Shown here in pieces: positions 27,883-33,322 of a DNA stretch of 33,322 nt. The notes beneath the pieces were generated by a model. That model made no database searches. It was not told the origin of the DNA and worked only from the letters and a program-made list of their open reading frames with translations. Both the position numbers and the translations under genes were made by a program. Position 1 is the first letter of the stretch; the number at the start of each line of letters is the position of its first letter. Origin of the DNA: an uncultured Gammaproteobacteria bacterium (lineage in GTDB: Bacteria; Patescibacteriota; Patescibacteriia; Patescibacteriales; UBA12465); assembly GCA_964618575.1 (NCBI GenBank), contig CAZUDJ010000001.1:4443-37764 (forward strand), given 5' to 3'.

Positions 27883-28635
27883 CTAAGCCTCTGCTCCTGC
27901 CTCCACTCCCCCTGACTCCGATGCCATAGAAATAAATACTAGGGTAAGGACGGCAAAAACAAAGGGTTGCACTACCGCAGTCAGTAATCCTAAAAACAAA
28001 AAGGGCAGTGGTAGGAAAAAGGGAAATAAAAATAACATAACTGCTCCTAAAACTTCACCCGCAAAAATATTACCAAACAAACGAAAAGATAGAGACATTA
28101 CTTTAGCAATTTCACCCACCAGGTCCATAAGACCTAAGAAAAACTTCAAAGGACTCTTAAAATTAATAAATTTAGTAATATAGCCAATCGGACTAGCGGC
28201 AACAATGGCAACTATTTGGGTAATTAAGACTGAGACTATAGTCATCATAAAAACTAAACCGTAGTCAGCAATTATAGCCCTAAATAAGGGCACCACTCCT
28301 CCTTCTGTAGCTATTGTAATGGCTGCCTGACCAGGAATAAAGGTAAGAAAGTTCGCAAAGAATATAAAAAAGAACATGGTAAAAACTAAAGGAAAAACTC
28401 GCTTTGCTTTCTTAGAGCTGCCAATAATAGACTCTACAAAACTATAAGCGCCTTCTATTGCCATCTCTACTAAGTTTTGAAAACGACCTGGCACCATTTT
28501 AATGCGTGTTTTAAAAATTATAGCACCGACAATTAGAAATAGAAAAACAAAAAAAGACCAGAAAAAAGTATTGCTAACTGGAAAATCAGCAATATAAAAT
28601 AGAATCTGCGGTGATAGTGATATATCTAGCCCCAT
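27883..28635 (-). CDS. atpB: Fo ATP synthase a subunit
   Basis: The protein is polytopic. The conserved stator arginine block is LSFRLFGNIFAGE. Confidence 0.9.
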   Translation of the reverse strand: MGLDISLSPQILFYIADFPVSNTFFWSFFVFLFLIVGAIIFKTRIKMVPGRFQNLVEMAIEGAYSFVESIIGSSKKAKRVFPLVFTMFFFIFFANFLTFIPGQAAITIATEGGVVPLFRAIIADYGLVFMMTIVSVLITQIVAIVAASPIGYITKFINFKSPLKFFLGLMDLVGEIAKVMSLSFRLFGNIFAGEVLGAVMLFLFPFFLPLPFLFLGLLTAVVQPFVFAVLTLVFISMASESGGVEAGAEA

Positions 28636-28646
28636 AGTTATTTAAC

Positions 28647-28997
28647 TTATTTCTCTTCTTTATTATTTAGTCTTAGTGACTCTAAGTCGCTTTCTTTTAC
28701 ACTAAACTCCACATCCTTGCTCATATTCTTAGCACCAACATCATCTTTTGGCACATATTTATTAACCAAGTTATTGATACTTTTTACCTTTCTGAAAAGC
28801 AAAATATTGGTAACAATAAAAGCAACAAAAACAGACGCTATAAGCAACTTAGGCTTAGTATCAAAAAAACTATCTAATAAATAACCTATCCCCCCAAAAA
28901 GGAGTAAGGGCCCAATAATGGTGCCACTAATATAGTAAAACACTGCTAAAGAAAGTCCTCTGATACTTTTAGGGTCAATAATATTTTTTAAATCCAT
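28647..28997 (-). CDS. AtpZ/AtpI-like small membrane protein preceding the atp operon
   Basis: The start is set at ATG 28997 (MDLKNIIDP...), because the longer track ORF would overlap tatD by 44 nt. It has two TM helices. GGIGYLLDSFFDTKPKLLIASVFVAFIVTNILLFRKV resembles the ATPase_gene1 (PF09527) pattern G..lD......P. Confidence 0.55.
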   Translation of the reverse strand: MDLKNIIDPKSIRGLSLAVFYYISGTIIGPLLLFGGIGYLLDSFFDTKPKLLIASVFVAFIVTNILLFRKVKSINNLVNKYVPKDDVGAKNMSKDVEFSVKESDLESLRLNNKEEK

Positions 28998-29001
28998 AGG
29001 T

Positions 29002-29029
29002 ATTTTAGCTTGATATGATAATAAGTCAA
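29002..29029 (-). promoter_or_regulatory. Candidate promoter of the atp operon in the tatD-atpZ gap
   Basis: The minus strand reads TTGACT (rc of 29024-29029) - 16 nt - TAAAAT (rc of 29002-29007), followed by ACCT and the ATG at 28997. Confidence 0.5.
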
Positions 29030-29049
29030 GACTGTTAATTTTAGTTTTT

Positions 29050-29901
29050 CTAAATTTTAAACAAAGCTCGGGCCGTTTCTGTGGTTTTTTCACTAACTTT
29101 TTCCAACTTAATTCCCTTTATATCAGCAATTTTTTGGGCTACATACTGAACCAACAAAGGTTCATTGCGCTGCCCCCGATATGGCTCTGGAGTCATATAA
29201 GGAGAATCTGTTTCTATCATAATTTTATCTAAAGGAACTTTGCGAATTAATGAGTCCCAATTACCACTAAAGGTAATAAGTCCTGTAAAAGAAATTAAGA
29301 GACCAAGGTTAAAATACTTCCAGGCTAAATCGTCATCTCCTGAGAAGCAATGCATTACTCCCCAAGGCTCTTTGGCAGGCAAAAGGTGTCCATATTCTTT
29401 TTTAAAATCTTGCAACATTGCCAACATGTCGTCATGAGCTTGGCGACAATGGATAATAACGGGTAAATTTAAATTTCGAGCTAAAAATAATTGGGCTGCA
29501 AACACCTCGTGTTGTTTCTTTTTAAGAGCGCTTACATCTTGTGCTGGATCTAAATGGTAATAATCTAGACCGATCTCTCCTATAGCGACAACTTTTTCAA
29601 ATTTAGCTAATTTCTCATAACTGCCATAATCAAACTCTTCGGCCCTGGTTGTAAAACTATAAGACTCTCCCCCTTCTTTTTTTTCAACAAACACCTCTTG
29701 TAGGTGGGCTGGATGAAGCCCAACTGCTGCATAAACCCCTTTTTCATACTTATTAGCATAGTTTAAAGCCCGGCTAGAGGTTCTAAGCTCAGAGCCAACT
29801 AAAACCATCCAAGTATCATTATCTAAGGCTCGCCTTATAACTTCGTCGCCATCATCTTTATAGGCGGAAAAATTAACATGACAGTGAGTATCTATTAACA
29901 T
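29050..29901 (-). CDS. TatD-family metal-dependent hydrolase/DNase
   Basis: It shows MLIDTHCHVNF (HxH), GEIGLDY, IIHCRQAHDD, VMHCFSG and the ETDSPYMTP motifs. Confidence 0.9.
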   Translation of the reverse strand: MLIDTHCHVNFSAYKDDGDEVIRRALDNDTWMVLVGSELRTSSRALNYANKYEKGVYAAVGLHPAHLQEVFVEKKEGGESYSFTTRAEEFDYGSYEKLAKFEKVVAIGEIGLDYYHLDPAQDVSALKKKQHEVFAAQLFLARNLNLPVIIHCRQAHDDMLAMLQDFKKEYGHLLPAKEPWGVMHCFSGDDDLAWKYFNLGLLISFTGLITFSGNWDSLIRKVPLDKIMIETDSPYMTPEPYRGQRNEPLLVQYVAQKIADIKGIKLEKVSEKTTETARALFKI

Positions 29902-29989
29902 AAAATATTTTAAACTTATTGTTTATTTTCTTATATTTAGCTTATTTTTTGCTAGTAAATTACAATATAAAGCTAATATATACTTAATT

Positions 29990-30017
29990 ATCTTAGCATT
30001 TAAGAGTAAAAAGTCAA
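29990..30017 (-). promoter_or_regulatory. Candidate promoter of tatD (and possibly atp read-through)
   Basis: The minus strand reads TTGACT (rc of 30012-30017) - 16 nt - TAAGAT (rc of 29990-29995), about 88 nt upstream of the tatD ATG. Confidence 0.5.
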
Positions 30018-30062
30018 TTTCTTAAATTAGATGATATATATTTTTTATTAGATAAAAATTTC

Positions 30063-30094
30063 AAAAAATCCACTGATTTATAAGTGGATTTTTT
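30063..30094 (-). terminator. Terminator hairpin downstream of dnaJ
   Basis: AAAAAATCCACT-GATTTATA-AGTGGATTTTTT has an ATCCACT/AGTGGAT core with U-tails in either direction. Confidence 0.65.
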
Positions 30095-30131
30095 ATATTT
30101 CTTTTTCTATATTTCTAAAATATAGACATAT

Positions 30132-31208
30132 CTATACTTCTAAATTAGCAATCAAGTCTTTCTGCTTTTTACTTAACTTTTTAGGTATTTTAACTTTAAT
30201 TTTTACAAAATGATCACCCTGTCCATAGCCTCGCAAATGTTTAATACCTTTATCTTTTAATTTAAAGATAGTTCCTGATTGAGTTCCTTCGGGAATTTTT
30301 AACTTCACTGGTCCAAAGATGGTATCTACATTTATCTTGTCTCCCAATATAGCTTGTTTAATTTTAATCTCTTCCTCGCTTTTAATATCATAATCTTCGC
30401 GTCTAAACTTAGCGTGAGGTAAAACGGAGATACGTAAATAAAGGTCTCCAGCCGGAGCTCCTTTGGGTCCAGCTTCGCCTTGCCCACTTAACCTAATTGA
30501 CTCCCCATTGTTTATTCCCGCTGGCACCTTAACTTTTATTTTTACTTGCTTCCTATAAACTCCACTAGCGCCACACTTAGTACAATTTTCTTTAAATATC
30601 TCTCCTTCACCTGAACAATTTGTGCAATTAACTTTAGTTTGAATATTTCCCAAAATAGTTCTTTGTAGTTTCACGGTAAAGCCTTTTCCAGAGCAAACCG
30701 GGCAAGTCTCTATCTTAGTACCTGGCTCAGCCCCTTTGCCATCACAGCGATCACAAACTACATTCTTAGCAAAGCTAATTTCTTTTTCTAGTCCAAAGGC
30801 GGCTTCTAAAAAATCAATATTAATTGCCATCTCTAAATCTCTACCTCTTTTTTCTTGTCTTCCCGAAGATCTAGCTCCACCAAAGCCAAAAATATCAGAA
30901 AAGCCACCAAACATGTCACTTAAATCGTCAAAATCTACATTCGCGCCACCAGAGAATCCTCCAAATGGACCACCGCCATAGGAGCCTCCTGCACCTGGAT
31001 TATCAAAATTAGTACCAAACTGATCGTACTGCTTACGCTTAGTTTCATTACTCAAAATTTGATAAGCTTCATTGACTTGCTTAAATTTCTCTTCATCACC
31101 ACCTTTATCAGGATGATGCTCATGCGCTTTTTTACGAAAAGCTGCCTTTATTTCATCAGCTGATGCATCTTTGGAGACACCCAGTAGTGCGTAATAATCT
31201 TTAGCCAT
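30132..31208 (-). CDS. dnaJ: Molecular chaperone DnaJ (type I)
   Basis: It has a J-domain with HPD (DYYALLGV...HHPDKGG), a G/F-rich region and four CxxCxGxG zinc-finger repeats (CDRCDGKG, CPVCSGKG, CTNCSGEG, CTKCGASG). Confidence 0.95.
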   Translation of the reverse strand: MAKDYYALLGVSKDASADEIKAAFRKKAHEHHPDKGGDEEKFKQVNEAYQILSNETKRKQYDQFGTNFDNPGAGGSYGGGPFGGFSGGANVDFDDLSDMFGGFSDIFGFGGARSSGRQEKRGRDLEMAINIDFLEAAFGLEKEISFAKNVVCDRCDGKGAEPGTKIETCPVCSGKGFTVKLQRTILGNIQTKVNCTNCSGEGEIFKENCTKCGASGVYRKQVKIKVKVPAGINNGESIRLSGQGEAGPKGAPAGDLYLRISVLPHAKFRREDYDIKSEEEIKIKQAILGDKINVDTIFGPVKLKIPEGTQSGTIFKLKDKGIKHLRGYGQGDHFVKIKVKIPKKLSKKQKDLIANLEV

Positions 31209-31265
31209 ATCTAATATATTTATACTTTAGCGAAAAATTTCTCTTTGTTTAATTAAATTTATAAA

Positions 31266-31289
31266 CTACCCCTAGTAAGCTAGAGGTAG
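31266..31289 (-). terminator. Hairpin between dnaK and dnaJ (terminator or processing/stability element)
   Basis: The transcript reads CUACCUCUAG-CUUA-CUAGGGGUAG (10 bp including one G-U) followed by UUUAUAAAUUU. Confidence 0.5.
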
Positions 31290-31307
31290 TCTAAATGCTA
31301 ACTAAAC

Positions 31308-33251
31308 TTACTTTTTCTCTTCCTCTTTTTCATTTTCCTCTACTTCACCCTCTACAACTTCATCTTCAGAGGCCTTAGCGCCAGGCTCATCACCCTTAGT
31401 CTCTCCTTCCGGGGAGCCTTCAGCTGCTTTAGCGCTCTCTGCATCCTTAGCGGCTTGCTCATACATTGCACCACCAATTTTTTGGGCAATAGTATTTACT
31501 TCCTCTAGGGCCTTTTTAATTTCTTCTATATTGGCGCTATCTTTTGCTTTTTTAAGAGCTTCATTTTTCTCTTCCAATTCTTTCTTGTCTTCTGGCTTCA
31601 TTTTATCACCAGACTCTTTTAGCATTTTCTCTGTACTAAAGAATACGGCCTCTGCTTGATTTTTCATCTCCACTTCTTCTTTCTTTTTCTTGTCCTCATC
31701 AGCGTGTAGCTCGGCTTCTTTTTTCATTTTCTCTATCTCCTCAGCTGATAGGCCTGAAGAAGCTGTGATAGTAATTTTTTGTTGCTTGTTACTTGCCTTA
31801 TCAGTTGCTGAAACATTTAAAATACCATTGGCGTCAAGGTCAAATTTCACCTCCACTTGTGGAACTCCACGTGGAGCTGAAGGAATACCATCTAAAATGA
31901 ATCTTCCTAAAGTTTTATTGTCTGCTGCCATAGGTCTCTCTCCTTGAACAATATGAATCTCTACACTAGTTTGCCCATCGGCTGCAGTAGAGAAAATTTG
32001 TGACTTAGAAAAAGGAATGGTTGTATTTTTCTCAACCAAAGGAGTGGCTACTCCACCCATAGTTTCAATACCAAGAGTAAGTGGAGTGACATCTAAAAGC
32101 AAGACGTCTTTTACATCACCTTGTAATACTCCTGCTTGCACAGCTGCTCCTAGGGCCACAACCTCATCGGGATTAACTGTTAAGTTTGGTTCCTTACCAA
32201 AGAAAGCCTTAACTTTTTCTTTAACTATAGGCATGCGGCTCATGCCACCAACTAGTAAAACTTCATTTATATCTTCTAGCTTAAAACCGGAATCCTCTAA
32301 AGCCTTTTTACAAGGCTTTAGAGTTTTATCCACTAAATCTGATACCAAGCTCTCCATCTTAGAGCGACTTAATTTCATTACTAAGTGCTTAGGACCGTTG
32401 GCGTCAGTAGTGATAAATGGCTGATTGATTTCTGTTTCTTGGGCAGTGGAAAGTTCAATTTTAGCTTTCTCAGCTGACTCTTTAATTCTTTGCAGAGCTA
32501 ATGAATCTTTAGATAAGTCTATACCTTGCTCACGCTTGAACTCTTCTATAATCCAAGTAATAATTCTTTGATCAAAATCTTCACCACCTAAGTGAGTATC
32601 TCCATTGGTAGCTTTTACCTCAACTGTATCAGATGATATATCTAAAATAGATACATCAAAAGTGCCACCACCAAGGTCGTAAACAGCAATCTTTTGACCA
32701 CTTTTTTTATCAAAACCATAAGCTAAGGCGGCTGCTGTCGGTTCGTTTATAATTCTTTTTACTTCCAAACCAGCAATCTTCCCCGCATCTTTAGTAGCTT
32801 GACGCTGTGAATCATTAAAATAAGCGGGGACAGTAATAATCGCTTCGCTAATCTTTTCCCCAATCTTTGCCTCCGCGTCTGATTTTAATTTTGTTAAAAT
32901 CATAGCTGAGATTTCTTGAGGAGTGTGCTCCTTGTCTCCCATCTTAACCTTTACCCCTTCTCCAGCTTGAACAATCTTATAAGGAGCCGTCTTTAAGTCA
33001 TGCTGTACCTCATCTTCATTAAAATGACGGCCTATTAATCTCTTCACTGCATGCACAGTATTTTCCGGGTTAATAACTGCCTGTCTTTTAGCAGCTCCAC
33101 CCACTATCCTTTCATTTGTTTTTGAAATAGCTACCACCGATGGAGTAGTTCTATTTCCTTCTATGTTTTCAACGATTTTAGGAGCACCACCCTCCATGAT
33201 AGCCATGGCTGAGTTGGTAGTTCCTAAATCGATTCCTAAAATTTTTCCCAT
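31308..33251 (-). CDS. dnaK: Molecular chaperone DnaK (Hsp70)
   Basis: [32 protein letters not shown] and an acidic C-terminal tail are present. Length is 647 aa. Confidence 0.98.
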   Translation of the reverse strand: MGKILGIDLGTTNSAMAIMEGGAPKIVENIEGNRTTPSVVAISKTNERIVGGAAKRQAVINPENTVHAVKRLIGRHFNEDEVQHDLKTAPYKIVQAGEGVKVKMGDKEHTPQEISAMILTKLKSDAEAKIGEKISEAIITVPAYFNDSQRQATKDAGKIAGLEVKRIINEPTAAALAYGFDKKSGQKIAVYDLGGGTFDVSILDISSDTVEVKATNGDTHLGGEDFDQRIITWIIEEFKREQGIDLSKDSLALQRIKESAEKAKIELSTAQETEINQPFITTDANGPKHLVMKLSRSKMESLVSDLVDKTLKPCKKALEDSGFKLEDINEVLLVGGMSRMPIVKEKVKAFFGKEPNLTVNPDEVVALGAAVQAGVLQGDVKDVLLLDVTPLTLGIETMGGVATPLVEKNTTIPFSKSQIFSTAADGQTSVEIHIVQGERPMAADNKTLGRFILDGIPSAPRGVPQVEVKFDLDANGILNVSATDKASNKQQKITITASSGLSAEEIEKMKKEAELHADEDKKKKEEVEMKNQAEAVFFSTEKMLKESGDKMKPEDKKELEEKNEALKKAKDSANIEEIKKALEEVNTIAQKIGGAMYEQAAKDAESAKAAEGSPEGETKGDEPGAKASEDEVVEGEVEENEKEEEKK

Positions 33252-33322
33252 ATTATTTTTATTTAATTTTATTATTTCTTAGTTTCTATCTTAATAGACT
33301 TAGGCTTAGTCCCAATAGCCTT

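Noticed and set aside
28998-29093. A longer version of the AtpZ-like ORF that overlaps the 3' end of tatD by 44 nt.
   Set aside because: The extra 32 residues are basic and non-hydrophobic with no homology. A good promoter sits within them, and the ATG at 28997 precedes the two-TM core.
30094-30131. AT-only direct/inverted repeats (TATATTTCT x2; TATATTT-CTAA-AATATA) just downstream of dnaJ.
   Set aside because: These are short, pure A/T repeats expected by chance in ~20% GC intergenic DNA. The adjacent GC-containing hairpin already explains termination.
33272-33322. An open minus-strand frame at the right window edge (…[16 protein letters not shown]-stop), 20 nt upstream of dnaK. It could be the C-terminal tip of grpE.
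   Set aside because: Only 16 codons are visible and there is no diagnostic motif. The grpE guess rests solely on the common hrcA-grpE-dnaK gene order, so it is not reported as a feature.

Overview
This is an AT-rich, very densely packed bacterial chromosomal segment. Hand counts of GC give about 27-42% in most 100-nt blocks. It holds 33 CDS with tiny or overlapping intergenic gaps, and all large ORFs are explained by the standard genetic code. The content is core housekeeping plus cell-envelope glycan genes. From left to right: (1) a minus-strand operon DUF167 - 3x GT2 glycosyltransferase - galU (galU truncated at the window edge). (2) A plus-strand thymidylate operon: dCMP deaminase - thyA - RibD_C-type DHFR-like - orphan P-loop kinase - a Tmk::Dut fusion - gatB. 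(3) Minus-strand ArnT/PMT-like GT-C - miaB - miaA. (4) A divergent 661-aa polytopic membrane protein. (5) Minus-strand HxGH nucleotidyltransferase - mltG - a 783-aa anchored exoprotein (DUF3160-like). (6) groES-groEL with a sigma-70-type promoter and a CIRCE operator. (7) uppP. (8) Minus-strand (grpE?)-dnaK, dnaJ, tatD and a complete F1Fo operon atpZ-like-BEFHAGDC. The reduced proteins, stacked GT2/GT-C genes, near absence of Shine-Dalgarno sites and low GC suggest a small-genome Patescibacteria/CPR-like bacterium. That placement is inference and cannot be proven from this window. I found no rRNA/tRNA, CRISPR, transposase/integrase, toxin-antitoxin or recognisable defence genes, and no clear-cut novel multi-gene system. 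The most interesting items are: the Tmk-linker-dUTPase fusion inside a complete dTMP-cycle operon; a c-subunit with a two-carboxylate Na+-type ion-site signature; a divergent pair of uncharacterised GT-C-like giant membrane proteins next to an NTase-MltG-DUF3160-like operon; a recurrent AU-rich leader motif replacing SD; and a local GC spike in the dCMP deaminase gene.
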